Shown here: one piece after another, positions 1 to 10,306 of the stretch
Layout: each line of letters begins with the position of its first letter
How positions within the stretch are numbered: the stretch's first letter is position 1
Assembly (NCBI GenBank): GCA_046314055.1
Contig: JBKBXN010000001.1
Span: 1-51,511 of the forward strand
From: Brevundimonas sp.
GTDB lineage: Bacteria > Pseudomonadota > Alphaproteobacteria > Caulobacterales > Caulobacteraceae
Length of the DNA: 51,511 bases
Reading direction: 5' to 3'
Notes under the pieces: model-generated
The model's input: only the letters and a program-made list of their open reading frames with translations
Database searches by the model: none
Told to the model about the DNA's origin: nothing
Translations under genes and position numbers: made by a program

Positions 1-27
1 AACTGACGGCCGTCTAGAGCCGGAACG

Positions 28-60
28 AAGAGGGCGGGACCGCAAGGCTCCGCCCTTTTT
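28..60 (+). terminator. Intrinsic terminator, possibly bidirectional
   Basis: AGGGCGG-loop-CCGCCCT stem followed by a T-run and preceded by AAG; lies just downstream of the convergent minus-strand CPBP gene. Confidence 0.7.
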
Positions 61-94
61 CAATTCTCCGCCCCGTCATCCCGACGGCTGTCGG

Positions 95-1024
95 TTACGG
101 GCGTTTCGCGAAATGCCCGGCGCGCCAGGCCAGGACCATCACCGCCAACCCGACGGCGGTGCAGACGACCAGGGCCGGCAGCGAGGCCTCGGGGCCAAAG
201 GCGCCGCCGGTCAACCATTCGGGCAGGCCCGGACGCGCCGTGCTGCTGGCGATGGCCGGCCCGAAGTCCCCGCCGCTGACAGCCGCCCCGAACAGATAGC
301 CCTGGGTGAAGTTCCAGGCCGCGTGAACCCCGATCGACACCCACACCCGGCCGGTCAGGGCATAGAAGGCGCCCAGCATGATCCCGGCCTCCAGGGCGAT
401 GCAGATCGCCGCGAACACGGTGGCGTTGGGATTGGCGATATGGCCGAACCCGAACAGGGCGGCCGAGACGGCGAAGGCGATCCACGGCCCGAAGGCCCGC
501 CACACCAGACGCAGCAGTATGGCGCGGATCATGATCTCCTCGACCACGCCCGACTGGACCGCGCGCCCGGCGGCGGTCCAGACCGAGGCGGCCCCCAGGC
601 TGCGGATCTCATAGAGGTCGAACCCGGCCATGATCCCCATCACGGCGGCGAACATCGCCGCCCCGATCAGCAGGCCGACGCCCAGTTCCGGCAGCATGGG
701 TTTCAGCGCGATCTCCGACGGCCTGCGTCCCTCGGCCAGCCACACCGCCAGGGCGTAGACGGCCAGCGCTACGAGGACGCCGGCCAGATTGGCCGCCAAC
801 TGGACGGCGCCGTTCTGCGGCGCCAGCCGGCCCAGAGCCTCGATCGTCGGCAGGGCGGCCAGGGCGACCAGGAAGAACAGGGCCACGGCCCAGCCCAGCG
901 CCCGCAGCCAGCGTAAAGGCCCCGGATGCAGGAACCGCCGCTCGCCCAGCTCCAGGGGGCGGACCCCCTGACCGGCCGTCAGGATACGCGCCGCGCCGGC
1001 GACGGAAAACAGGGTCGAACGCAT
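95..1024 (-). CDS. CPBP (CAAX protease/Abi) family intramembrane metalloprotease
   Basis: Multi-TM protein with EExxxR (VVEEIMIR), FGFGH and HAAWN motifs. ATG at 1024 has a GAGGAG RBS; alternative GTG at 1051 overlaps the MarR stop. Confidence 0.85.
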   Translation of the reverse strand: MRSTLFSVAGAARILTAGQGVRPLELGERRFLHPGPLRWLRALGWAVALFFLVALAALPTIEALGRLAPQNGAVQLAANLAGVLVALAVYALAVWLAEGRRPSEIALKPMLPELGVGLLIGAAMFAAVMGIMAGFDLYEIRSLGAASVWTAAGRAVQSGVVEEIMIRAILLRLVWRAFGPWIAFAVSAALFGFGHIANPNATVFAAICIALEAGIMLGAFYALTGRVWVSIGVHAAWNFTQGYLFGAAVSGGDFGPAIASSTARPGLPEWLTGGAFGPEASLPALVVCTAVGLAVMVLAWRAGHFAKRP

Positions 1025-1047
1025 GGAAGCTCCTCGGGCGTCGATCG

Positions 1048-1527
1048 TCACGCCGGTTCAGTTCGGGTCTTGGCGGCATCGGCGATGCGCGCGCCAAAGG
1101 GGCGGCGGTGCAGGGCGTCGACGGCCTCGCGCAGCACCTCGGTCAGGGGCGTTGAAAGTTCGGCGTCCAGTTCCGCAGCGGCGGCGTTGGTCGCGGCCTG
1201 CTGGCGTTCCAGGGCCGGGATCATGGCCTCGGTCGCCGGCGTCAGCACCACGATCCGCTCGCGCGCATCGGCGCCGGGCGTCAGGGCGACCAGCCCCTCG
1301 CGCGCCATCTGCGACACCGTCTGGCTGGCCGCCGAATGGCTGACCCCCGCCTCGCGCGCGATGATCTTGATCGAGGCCGGCCCCAGCCGCCTCAGGGCGC
1401 GCAGCACCGGCGTATAGCGCGGCCGCCACGCCAATCCGGCCTCGGCATAGGCGGCCTCCACCTCCCCGTCGAGCAGGTCGATCAGGCTGCGCATCAGCGT
1501 GCCGAGGGTGGGAGCGGTCGAGGACAT
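1048..1527 (-). CDS. MarR family transcriptional regulator
   Basis: 159 aa winged HTH: IARE..VSHSAASQTV..M...GLV....DARER.V.LT. Confidence 0.85.
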   Translation of the reverse strand: MSSTAPTLGTLMRSLIDLLDGEVEAAYAEAGLAWRPRYTPVLRALRRLGPASIKIIAREAGVSHSAASQTVSQMAREGLVALTPGADARERIVVLTPATEAMIPALERQQAATNAAAAELDAELSTPLTEVLREAVDALHRRPFGARIADAAKTRTEPA

Positions 1528-1536
1528 GAGGCCGAT

Positions 1537-1554
1537 ATATAAGCCCTGTTACAT
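1537..1554. promoter_or_regulatory. Putative MarR operator (imperfect palindrome)
   Basis: ATATAA-gccctg-TTACAT, AT-rich, about 10 bp upstream of the MarR start; operator role is inferred. Confidence 0.35.
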
Positions 1555-1640
1555 TTAGGCAAGCGCTGCGTTTCCCTACGCCTCCCAGCCCGGCGGCGAG
1601 ATAGCGAGCCGCGCCGTGACGGAGGGGGTGGCCCACCCTT

Positions 1641-1847
1641 CTTTCGTCATTCCGGGCGCAGCGCAGCGGAGACCCGGAACCCCTCGTCATCCTCCGGCCC
1701 GCGAAGCGGGACCGGGGGAGGCGCCGCAGGCGAAATCCATCCTCCGCACAATGCTGTACCAGCGAGTCCGCGACAGGTTCGCGCTCACGCGCGCCGCTGG
1801 GTTCCGGGTCTTCGGGCCAAGCGGCCCTTCGCCCGGAATGACGAAAG
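1641..1847. repeat. Palindromic REP/MITE-like intergenic element
   Basis: Perfect 18-bp terminal inverted repeat CTTTCGTCATTCCGGGCG (1641-1658 and 1830-1847); inner 13-bp inverted repeat AGACCCGGAACCC (1670-1682 and 1799-1811). Confidence 0.8.
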
Positions 1848-1959
1848 AGAAGAGGCCAGCGGCCTAACGTCCATCAACCCCGTCTCCCCTCTGGAGGACG
1901 CAACGCGGCGCGCCTTCCGCGCCGTGACGAAGGGGGTGCCTCCGCAAGACCGGCGCAAA

Positions 1960-2394
1960 TCAGGCGACCCGCCCGGAAAAGGCCATCTCGCGCAATTTCG
2001 CGCATGCTTCGTCGAACAGAACGAAGACGTCCACCTTCTCCGTGCGCTCAACTCGCTTCGAAATCGCTGTCAGAGGAAAGCTTAGTATGGAAGTGCCTGG
2101 CCAGTTCAGTGCTGCCGTTGCGCCAATTTCATCTTCCACAGACACCCAGTCGAGTACAAGCTCCTGTCCCAGCGCATCGCCGAACGCAGCGCCCAGGGCT
2201 TGAAGTTTCCATGTCTCGTTGGAAGCGACCCAGCCATTGACGAGTATGGCGTCGATGACACGGAGTTTTCCCGGGACCGGGGCGTATTTTTCCTCAACCT
2301 CGTCGGTGAAATGCTCCTTCACCCATGCTCTCGCGTTTTCGAGCCAATCGCGGTCCGCTTCCGTGAGGCGCATGTAGTCAGGCTTCTGGCTCAT
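1960..2394 (-). CDS. DUF3806-like domain protein
   Basis: LQALGAAFGDALGQELVLDWVSVEDE.G...AL pattern; likely ATG at 2394 (ORF track extends to 2469); lower GC than neighbours. Confidence 0.65.
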   Translation of the reverse strand: MSQKPDYMRLTEADRDWLENARAWVKEHFTDEVEEKYAPVPGKLRVIDAILVNGWVASNETWKLQALGAAFGDALGQELVLDWVSVEDEIGATAALNWPGTSILSFPLTAISKRVERTEKVDVFVLFDEACAKLREMAFSGRVA

Positions 2395-2536
2395 GCCGCC
2401 ACCATGAACGCGGCGATGTCTGCTTTCCAGCCCCTGCCAACTTCCCCGACCGCCATTTCGCCCCGCCATTCCGCCCTCGACGCCTCTTACTCCCCCGCCC
2501 TCGACGACCCGCCCCCGTCCGCGCTAGGTCAGGCCC

Positions 2537-2991
2537 ATGCCGACCGCCCTCTACATCGACGCCGACGCCTGCCCGGTGAAGGAGGAGGTCTATCGCGTCG
2601 CGCGGCGCTATGGGCTGAAGACCTATGTGGTCTCCAACGGCTGGATGCAGGTCCCGCGCGAGGCCCTGATCGAGCAGGTGGTGGTGGACGCCGGCCCCGA
2701 CATCGCCGACGACTGGATCGCCGAACGGGCGGGCGTAGGCGATGTGGTCATCACCGCCGACATCCCCCTGGCCGACCGCTGTCTGAAGGCCGGCGCCCAG
2801 GCGCTGAAGTCCAACGGCCAGCCCTTCACCCCGGACTCCATAGGCTCGGCCCTGGCCGGGCGGATGGTGGGCGAGCATCTGCGGTCCATGGGCGTGGCCA
2901 CCTCGGGCCCGCCGCCCTTCTCGGCCGCCGACCGCTCGCGGTTCCTCCAGGCCCTGGACCAGGCCGTGGTCAAGGCGCGCAGGGCGGCGAC

Positions 2992-2995
<4 letters not shown>
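2537..2995 (+). CDS. yaiI: YaiI/YqxD (UPF0178) family protein
   Basis: IDADACPVK, DIADDWI and VITADIPLA motifs. Confidence 0.9.
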
Positions 2996-3396
<401 letters not shown>

Positions 3397-3474
3397 GCCC
3401 TGCGCGAAAGGCCGGGAACGGCCCGCCCGCCGCCTCGTTGTCCTTGTCCACGGTGACGGTTGATGGAGATCGAG

Positions 3475-4095
3475 ATGCGGCGGCTTCAGGCGATGAGCTT
3501 GGGATTGATTCTGACGGCGGGCGGCCTCGCCGCCTGTTCCCCCGGCGACCAGAGCGCGGCGCGCGACGACGCCGCCGATCCTGTCCCTGCGGCGGCGGCC
3601 GCCGTCCCGGCGCCGTCCGAACAGGACAAGGCGATCATCGCCGCGACGCCCCAGATCTCCCTGACCGAGGCGCAACGCAGGGAGTATCGCAGTGTGGCGC
3701 TCAACTATCTGAACGACGCCGCAAAGGAACTGGCCAAGGGCTTTTCGCCCGTCGTCGGCGTTCAGGACTCCATAAACGCCATGCAGCCGACCGAGGTCCA
3801 GGCCTGGCGCCTGACCTTGAAACGGGGGGAGACCTATCGGATCCTAGGCGCGTGCGACAACGAATGCTCCGACCTGGACCTGGAGCTGCTGGATCCGTCC
3901 GGAAAAATCATCGAGCGCGACACCCTTCCCGACTCGGCCCCCGTCATCAACATCCGGCCGGCGGCGGACGGCGTCTTCACCGCCCGCGTGGTGATGAAGA
4001 CCTGCACACTGGCGCCCTGCTACGCCGCCGCCCGGCTTTATCACCAGACCGGGCCGGTTCCCGACGACGACGCGCCGCCGCCGGCCACGGCCTGA
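3475..4095 (+). CDS. Hypothetical lipoprotein with Cys-containing beta-sandwich-like C-terminal domain
   Basis: Lipobox GLAAC; GACDNECSDLDL and CTLAPC motifs; start uncertain (3460-3493). Confidence 0.65.
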   Translation: MRRLQAMSLGLILTAGGLAACSPGDQSAARDDAADPVPAAAAAVPAPSEQDKAIIAATPQISLTEAQRREYRSVALNYLNDAAKELAKGFSPVVGVQDSINAMQPTEVQAWRLTLKRGETYRILGACDNECSDLDLELLDPSGKIIERDTLPDSAPVINIRPAADGVFTARVVMKTCTLAPCYAAARLYHQTGPVPDDDAPPPATA

Positions 4096-4102
4096 TCGAG
4101 CG

Positions 4103-4879
4103 TCAGCGCGGGGGGCGCCCGCCGCCTCGCATCTGGCCGCGTCCGCCCTGAACCGCCGTCTTGGGCAGGCTTTCGAGGGTCAGCATCCCGTCGTGATCCT
4201 GGTCCAGCAGGACGAACCAGCGCTCGCCGGTCGCCGTCCATTCCTCGGGCGTGATCTTCTGGTCGGCGTTGCGGTCGGCCGCCCGCACCGGCTGGGGAAC
4301 GGACAGCAGACCGGCGCGGGCCAGACGCTCGGTCCCGCCGCGATAGGGCTGGGCGCGCGGCTTGGACGGGGCGGCGGCGCCTTCCTGACCGCCCCCCATA
4401 CCGCCTTGCTGACCGCCCATGCCCCCCATGGGGTCCTGCTGGTCGCCGTTCAGGTTCATCTGGCCGCCGCCGGGCGGCCCCCTTCGACCGGCGCCCCGAC
4501 CACCACCCGGCGCGCCGCCCATTCCCCCGCCGATGGCGGCGAAGGTGGAATCGACCAGCCGTTCATAGGCGAAGATTTCCGACGGCCCGACCACCCCGTC
4601 GCCGTCCTGGTCCAGGGTCCCGAACCAGCGCCGGCCGTCGGCGGCGAACTCTTCGGCGGTCAGTCGGCCGTCGCCGTCGGCGTCGGCGTCGGCGAACCAG
4701 GCCGCGACCGGATAGGGCTCGCCCGGTCCCGACACGAACAGCTCGCCATAGGGGCTGACGAAGATCTCGGACCGCTGCGGCGGCGGGCCGCCTTCGGGGC
4801 CGCCCGGATGACCGGCGGGGCCGCTCGCGCAGGCGCAGAGAAGGGCCATCATGCCGAGGCCGGCGACGGAATATTTCAT
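4103..4879 (-). CDS. EF-hand domain lipoprotein
   Basis: Lipobox-like LCACA; four DxDxDG-type loops (DADGDG, DQDGDG, DRNADQ, DQDHDG) around a Gly-rich linker. Confidence 0.75.
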   Translation of the reverse strand: MKYSVAGLGMMALLCACASGPAGHPGGPEGGPPPQRSEIFVSPYGELFVSGPGEPYPVAAWFADADADGDGRLTAEEFAADGRRWFGTLDQDGDGVVGPSEIFAYERLVDSTFAAIGGGMGGAPGGGRGAGRRGPPGGGQMNLNGDQQDPMGGMGGQQGGMGGGQEGAAAPSKPRAQPYRGGTERLARAGLLSVPQPVRAADRNADQKITPEEWTATGERWFVLLDQDHDGMLTLESLPKTAVQGGRGQMRGGGRPPR

Positions 4880-4967
4880 GTCTGACACCCCAGAGGACGG
4901 GAAAAGCGCCGTCATTCCAGGGCTTAGCGCATCAGCTTGGCCTTAGGATGGCCCCCAGGCCTTCGCA

Positions 4968-5444
4968 TCAGCCTTCGACGGGTCTGAACCTCAGGCCGGC
5001 GATCCGGTCCTCGGGATCGAACAGGATCATCCACTCGGTCACCTTGTTGTCGAAGGTGACGCGGAACAGCTGGGCGTCGCCTTCGGCCTTCTGGAACTCG
5101 ACCGTGCGGACGGCGCCGAAGCTCTTGATCAGGGGGCTGATCTCAGGCGACAGCTGCCGCATCCGGGTCGCCAGATCGGTGGTGAAGACCGAATAGTCGA
5201 AGCCGGCGCCCTGAACCGCCGCGATCACGCCGCGCAGGGCCGCCTCGGCCCGGGCGATGTCCGGCGCCTGGGCCGCAGTAGGAGCCGGGGCCTGTACAGG
5301 GGCGGGGGCGGGCGCGGGGGCGGCGTCGAAGGCGTTGGGCACCGAGCCGGCGGCCGCCTGGGCCAGGGCCGCCGAGGGCGCAGCAAACAGGGGGGGCGCC
5401 AACAGGGCTGCGGCGAGAACCGTCTTGATCAGGCTGGTCTTCAT
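4968..5444 (-). CDS. Hypothetical exported protein
   Basis: Sec signal peptide, Pro/Ala linker, small alpha/beta domain ending IAGLRFRP; directly downstream of ubiB. Confidence 0.7.
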   Translation of the reverse strand: MKTSLIKTVLAAALLAPPLFAAPSAALAQAAAGSVPNAFDAAPAPAPAPVQAPAPTAAQAPDIARAEAALRGVIAAVQGAGFDYSVFTTDLATRMRQLSPEISPLIKSFGAVRTVEFQKAEGDAQLFRVTFDNKVTEWMILFDPEDRIAGLRFRPVEG

Positions 5445-5457
5445 GCGAAGGCTCCGG

Positions 5458-7035
5458 TCAGTGCAGATAGGGCCACAGAGAAAGACCCAGGGCCGTCAGG
5501 GCCGCGACGACCGCGACCGTGATTGAAGCCGCCACCCAAGCGGGAGTTCCCGACTTTTCGATGACCACGGCCGCCGGACGCGGCGGCTCCTGCACCAGAC
5601 GCGAGATGGCGCGGGCCGCCGCGATCATCTCGTTCAGGGCGTCGCGCGCCTGGGCCTGGGGCCCCAGCTCGCGGCGGATCCAGCGTTCGACCACCGGCTG
5701 GGCGGCCTTCCACAGGTCGTGGTCCGGCTGCAGCCGGCGCGCCACCCCCTCGACCGAGACCATGGTCTTTTGCAGCAGGATCAGTTCGGGCCTCAGCCGC
5801 ATGTCGAACAGGGCCGTGATCTCGAACAACTGACCCAGCAGCCGGCCCATCGACACCTGGCTGGCGGCGCGGCCGATCACCGGCTCGCCCACCGCGCGCA
5901 GGGCCTGGGCGAAGGTCTCGACCGAGTGATGCGGCGGCACATAGCCGGCCTCGAAATGGACCCGGGCGATCCGGTCGTAGTCGCGGCTGATGAAGCCCCA
6001 CAGGATTTCGGCCAGATAGCGCCGCTCGGCCGGACCCAGCCGCCCGACGATGCCGAAGTCGATGGCGGTCAGGTGCGCCGGGGCGCTGGCGAACAGATTG
6101 CCCTCGTGCAGGTCGGCGTGAAACACCCCGTGGTCCAGGGCCTGAACCAGGAAGGCGCGCACCACATTGTCGGCCAGCAGATCGGTGTCGAGGCCCGGCA
6201 GGTCCGCCAGGGCCGGGTCGGTCATGGGCACGCCCTTGGCCCATTCCAGCGTCAGCACCCGCTTGCCCACCCCGTCCCAGATGACGGCGGGGGCGGACAT
6301 ATAGCCGTCCTTGGCCAGGACATCGGCCATTTCGCTGGCCGCCGCCGCTTCCAGCCGCATGTCCAGCTCCAGGTCCATCGAATTGGCGATGGTCTCGACG
6401 AAGGCCTGGGGCTCCAGCCGGCGCGACAGGGGAACCAGCCGGTACACAAGGGCGGCGCCCAGCCGCATGGCGTCCAGCCCGTCGGCGACCCGGCGCTCGA
6501 CCCCCGGCCGCAGCACCTTGACCGCCACCGCCCGGCCGTCCGCCAGGGTCGCGCGGTGCGCCTGGGCCAGGGAGGCGGCGGCGACCGGCGGGCTCAGGTC
6601 GATGAACAGGCTTTCGACCGACCGGCCCAGCGACTTCTCGATCTCGCGCCGCGCCTCCTCGATCGAAAACGGCGGCAGGGCGTCTTTCAGCCGGCCCAGA
6701 TCGCGCGCGAACTGCAGGCCGAAGATGTCGGCGCGGGTGGCCAGGACCTGACCCAGCTTGATCGCCACCGGCCCCAGATGTTCGAAGGCCTTGCCCAGTC
6801 TCTGGCCCGGCCGGCCCTGGCGTCCATCGCGGCCGGACAGCATCTGCACCGCGCGGGCGAAGGGTCGGGCCCAGACGGGCAACAGGGGATTGGCCTCGCG
6901 CGGGATCAGGGCGTCGTGACGCGCCAGAACCCACAGCCAGCCCAGCAGGCGCAGAAAGGCCGCCACGGGATTGTGCACCGCCACGGTCGCGGGCGGCGGC
7001 GGGGCCGTGCGATAGACTCGGGTCAGATCGCCCAC
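5458..7035 (-). CDS. ubiB: Ubiquinone biosynthesis kinase-like protein UbiB
   Basis: [36 protein letters not shown] and IDFGIVG ABC1-kinase motifs; follows ubiE; start uncertain. Confidence 0.93.
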   Translation of the reverse strand: MGDLTRVYRTAPPPPATVAVHNPVAAFLRLLGWLWVLARHDALIPREANPLLPVWARPFARAVQMLSGRDGRQGRPGQRLGKAFEHLGPVAIKLGQVLATRADIFGLQFARDLGRLKDALPPFSIEEARREIEKSLGRSVESLFIDLSPPVAAASLAQAHRATLADGRAVAVKVLRPGVERRVADGLDAMRLGAALVYRLVPLSRRLEPQAFVETIANSMDLELDMRLEAAAASEMADVLAKDGYMSAPAVIWDGVGKRVLTLEWAKGVPMTDPALADLPGLDTDLLADNVVRAFLVQALDHGVFHADLHEGNLFASAPAHLTAIDFGIVGRLGPAERRYLAEILWGFISRDYDRIARVHFEAGYVPPHHSVETFAQALRAVGEPVIGRAASQVSMGRLLGQLFEITALFDMRLRPELILLQKTMVSVEGVARRLQPDHDLWKAAQPVVERWIRRELGPQAQARDALNEMIAAARAISRLVQEPPRPAAVVIEKSGTPAWVAASITVAVVAALTALGLSLWPYLH

Positions 7036-7811
7036 CCGTGATGGATGGCGGCGATCCCGCCCGACAGATTGGTCACCGAGACGCGCTTGAACCCGGCGTC
7101 CTCGATCAGGCCCTTGAAGGCCGTCTGGTCGGGGAAGCGGCGGATGCTCTCGACCAGATACTGATAGGAGTCACGATCCTTGGCCACCCAGCCGCCGATG
7201 CGCGGAATGGCGTGGAAGGACCAGGCGTCATAGAGCTTACGCACTGGCCCGGTCGTCGGGCGCGAGAACTCCAGGCACAGGAACCGGCCGCCCGGCTTCA
7301 GCACGCGCCGCGCCTCAGCCAGGGCCTTGTCGATATGGGCCACGTTGCGGATGCCGAAACTGATCGAATAGGCGTCGACCGAGGCGTCCGGCAGGGGCAG
7401 GTTCATCGCGTCCCCGACCGACCAGCTCATTTCCGGCTCGCCGCCCTTGTGCACCCCGGCCAGGATCATCTCGGCGTTGTAGTCCAGCACGATGACATTG
7501 GCGTCGTCCCCGCCCCGCCGCTCCTGGGCCGCGCGCGCCATCTTCGAATAGCGCCGGGCCATGTCGCCGGTGCCGCCGGCCACGTCCAGAATGGTCTCGC
7601 CGGGCCGGGGATTCAGCTTGGCGGCGGCGATGTCCTTCCAGACGCGGTGGACGCCGACGCTCATCAGGTCGTTCATCACGTCATAGCTGGAGGCGACGGA
7701 ATCGAAGACCCCGCGCACCATCTTCACCTTCTCGCGCGCGTCCACGTCGCGGAAGCCGAAGGAGGAACGGTCGCCCGACGAATGCGGGCCATGGGAGGAG
7801 GCGTCAGTCAT
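7023..7811 (-). CDS. ubiE: Ubiquinone/menaquinone C-methyltransferase UbiE
   Basis: [32 protein letters not shown] and [12 protein letters not shown] motifs. Confidence 0.95.
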   Translation of the reverse strand: MTDASSHGPHSSGDRSSFGFRDVDAREKVKMVRGVFDSVASSYDVMNDLMSVGVHRVWKDIAAAKLNPRPGETILDVAGGTGDMARRYSKMARAAQERRGGDDANVIVLDYNAEMILAGVHKGGEPEMSWSVGDAMNLPLPDASVDAYSISFGIRNVAHIDKALAEARRVLKPGGRFLCLEFSRPTTGPVRKLYDAWSFHAIPRIGGWVAKDRDSYQYLVESIRRFPDQTAFKGLIEDAGFKRVSVTNLSGGIAAIHHGWAI

Positions 7812-7868
7812 GCGCGCGGTCTAGCGCGTCGCGGCGCTTGCGTCACCCAGAAGTCCGACACCCGAACC

Positions 7869-8585
7869 TCAGGCGCCATCCGGCCCGGCTTCCGGCTGAG
7901 GCAGCTGCAGGTCCTTCATGACCTCGCGCATCAGGCCATAGCAACCGCACGAGGCCGCCTCCAGGCCGTCCCGATCCAGAACCTTGACCCAGCCCCGCCC
8001 GCGCTGGATCAGCTTCTTGCCCTCCAGCACGGTCCCGACCTCGGACACGGTTGCGCGCCGCACGCCCAGCATGCCGGCGATGTCGGCCTGGGTCAGATCG
8101 ACGCGGTCGTCCTCGGCCCGGTCGTGCAGCATCAACAGCCAGCGCGCCAGCCGCTCGTCCAGCCGGTGCTGGGCGTTGCAGGCGGCGGCCTGCTGCACCT
8201 GGGCCATCAGGCCTTCGGTGAAGCGCGACAGGGCCTGGCGCAGGCTTTCGCTCGCATCCAGCGCCTCGCCGAAGACGGCGGCGGAACAGCAGGCGGCGAC
8301 GCCGTCGCCCTGGGATATCGCGCGGCTGGCCGCCCGGGCGTTGAACGGGCCGCAGGTCACGCCGACCAGGCCCTCGCGGCCGATGGCGGCGGTCTCGACC
8401 ATCTTGTCGTCGGGCAGGACGGTCATCAGCGACACCACCCCCTTGATCGGGAACCAGACCTGATCGACCGCCTCGCCGGCGTCGTACAGCATCTGGCCGC
8501 GCGCGACCTCGCGTGCCTCCAGATGGGGTTCGATCCGCTTGCGGTCGGCCGGATCGAGGGCGGCGATCCACAGATTGTCCATCAT
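7869..8585 (-). CDS. Crp/Fnr family transcriptional regulator
   Basis: cNMP-binding-like N-domain (IGREG) and [28 protein letters not shown]; start uncertain (8582-8678). Confidence 0.88.
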   Translation of the reverse strand: MMDNLWIAALDPADRKRIEPHLEAREVARGQMLYDAGEAVDQVWFPIKGVVSLMTVLPDDKMVETAAIGREGLVGVTCGPFNARAASRAISQGDGVAACCSAAVFGEALDASESLRQALSRFTEGLMAQVQQAAACNAQHRLDERLARWLLMLHDRAEDDRVDLTQADIAGMLGVRRATVSEVGTVLEGKKLIQRGRGWVKVLDRDGLEAASCGCYGLMREVMKDLQLPQPEAGPDGA

Positions 8586-8749
8586 CCTCTTGTCCATATC
8601 CAACGGCCGCAGCGAAGCTTTGCGGTCATGAACAACGCCCAAGCTTCGCCCTGCGTTCCGCGACCATTTCGAGGTCATATCGCGGCGCCGGCGGCAGGCT
8701 TGCGGCGCCTTCTCAAACGCCCTACGCCTTGGAAAAAAGAGGAAGCTCC

Positions 8750-9049
8750 ATGACCGACGTCCGCATCGAGGTTGCGAAAGCGCTCGAAACCCTGCCCGAC
8801 TGGCGCGCCGCCGACGGCGACCGCCCGGCGATCGCGCGCTCGCTCAAGTTCGACGACTTCAACGACGCCTTCGGCTTCATGACCCGCGTCGCCCTGATGG
8901 CGGACAAGATGGATCACCATCCCGAATGGTCGAACGTCTACGACCGGGTCGAGGTGCTGCTGACCACCCATGACGCCGGCGGGGTGACGGACAAGGACGT
9001 GACCCTGGCGCGGTTCATCGACGACGTCGCCGCCAGGGGGGTCTCGTGA
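8750..9049 (+). CDS. phhB: Pterin-4-alpha-carbinolamine dehydratase
   Basis: [29 protein letters not shown]...[11 protein letters not shown]; AGAGG RBS. Confidence 0.92.
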   Translation: MTDVRIEVAKALETLPDWRAADGDRPAIARSLKFDDFNDAFGFMTRVALMADKMDHHPEWSNVYDRVEVLLTTHDAGGVTDKDVTLARFIDDVAARGVS

Positions 9050-9800
9050 GTCCCTCCGCCCGTCCCGGCCGCGTCGCCGGCAAGACCGCCCTGATCACCG
9101 GCGCCGCCGGCGGCCTGGGCGAGGCCATGGCCTTCATGATGGCCCGCGAGGGCGCCCGCCTGGCCCTGACCGACATCGACGGCGGCCGCGTCGCCGCCGT
9201 TCCCCCCCGGAGTGGGAGGCCTACACCTATTGTCTCCTGTTTTGCGGGCGCCCCTCCGCCGACCTGGGCGGCCTGTCGGTCCTGGTCAACAACGCCGGCG
9301 TCGGCGGCCCCCTGGCCTTCGTCGAACAGGACACGGTCGACAACTGGCAGCGTCAGTACGAGATCAATCTGCGCTCGATCATGCTGGGCGCCAAATACGC
9401 CATGCCGCACCTGCGCGCCGCCGCCCCGGCCTCGATCATCAATATCTCGTCCATCGCGGGCCTGGTCGCCGCCCCCGGCATGGGCGCCTATAACGCCACC
9501 AAGGCCGCCGTCTGGATGTACACCAAGACCCTGGCGCTCGAGGCGGCCAAGGCCGACTGGAACGTGCGCTGCAACTCGGTCCATCCGGTCTTCATCAAGA
9601 CCCCGATCCTCGACCCCTTCATCGCCATGGCCGGCGGCGACGAGGCCAAGGCCCACGAACGCCTCACCCGCGGCATCCCGCTGAAGCGGATCGGCGAACC
9701 CGACGACGTCGCCTACTGCGTCCTCTACCTCGCCTCCGACGAGTCCAAATTCGTCACCGGGTCCGAGTTCAAGATCGACGGCGGCATGACCGCGCAATAG
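9046..9800 (+). pseudogene. SDR oxidoreductase, frameshifted near 9200-9260 (pseudogene or assembly error)
   Basis: TGAAGGLG Rossmann motif in the frame starting 9046; LVNNAG, YNATK and [11 protein letters not shown] in a different frame from ~9261; atypical sequence with a C7 run between. Confidence 0.75.
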
Positions 9801-9825
9801 GGCGTGCGCGCCCTATTGCTTTCTT
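9794..9825 (+). terminator. Intrinsic terminator after phhB-SDR
   Basis: 11-bp perfect stem GCAATAGGGCG/CGCCCTATTGC followed by TTTCTT. Confidence 0.6.
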
Positions 9826-9966
9826 CGGGGGGCCTACCGCGCTTCGCGCTGCTTGAGGCCGGGCGAGCGCGCGCGTTGCGCGCTCATCCGACCATCTTGC
9901 GCGTATTCGGGATTGAGACCGCCCGCCGCTTGCTGTAAGCGGCCTCTTCGGCGTCTCGCCGACCAC

Positions 9967-10043
9967 GCACCCGTAGCTCAGCTGGATAGAGTACTGCCCT
10001 CCGAAGGCAGGGGTCACAGGTTCGAATCCTGTCGGGTGCGCCA
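9967..10043 (+). tRNA. tRNA-Arg(CCG)
   Basis: 77-nt cloverleaf: TAGCTCAGCTGGATAGAG D-arm, anticodon arm CTGCC-CTCCGAA-GGCAG, GGTTCGAATCC T-arm, encoded CCA. Confidence 0.97.
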
Positions 10044-10190
10044 TTTCGGTTTGAAACCGAGAACTCCGCCAGCGGCGGCGTAACTCCCACCATCTCCAGA
10101 CGCCAAGGCCCGCAGAAGCTCGGTTCGTGAGCCGATGACGCGCGCCTCGGTCTTGCTGATGACCTCCACCCGCTGCGTCAGGGCACGCAG
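10014..10190 (-). pseudogene. C-terminal remnant of a large serine recombinase overlapping the tRNA 3' half
   Basis: Manual translation [58 protein letters not shown] resembles recalled C-termini of alphaproteobacterial tRNA-targeting recombinase-family proteins; in-frame TGA at 10206-10208 and no start. Confidence 0.7.
10052..10065 (-). repeat. att-like arm copy A
   Basis: TGAAACCGAGAACT, identical to 16421-16434. Confidence 0.75.
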
Positions 10191-10306
10191 GGATAATGGC
10201 GACAGTCAGACGCGGGTCCACCGTCGGCAGAGACTTTCTGGACCTCACCGCATGGCTTTGACGGAAAGTCCGTCTTCACTCATCGTCCTCCTGAAGGGGG
10301 AGAGCA

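Noticed and set aside
2200-2991. Apparent 398-aa N-terminally extended ArfB
   Set aside because: The extension is an off-frame read across yaiI; the real start is the ATG at 2992 overlapping the yaiI stop.
7038-8753. Long antisense or alternate-frame ORFs (571 aa here; also 5719-7041, 11957-13324, 24391-25917, 41707-43488, 45344-46966)
   Set aside because: Shadow ORFs expected in high-GC coding DNA; they overlap well-supported genes and show no recognisable motifs.
9769-10248. Short ORFs across the tRNA (159, 76 and 69 aa)
   Set aside because: Translations of the tRNA gene and its flanks; only the start-less minus-strand frame 10014-10190 resembles a real protein.
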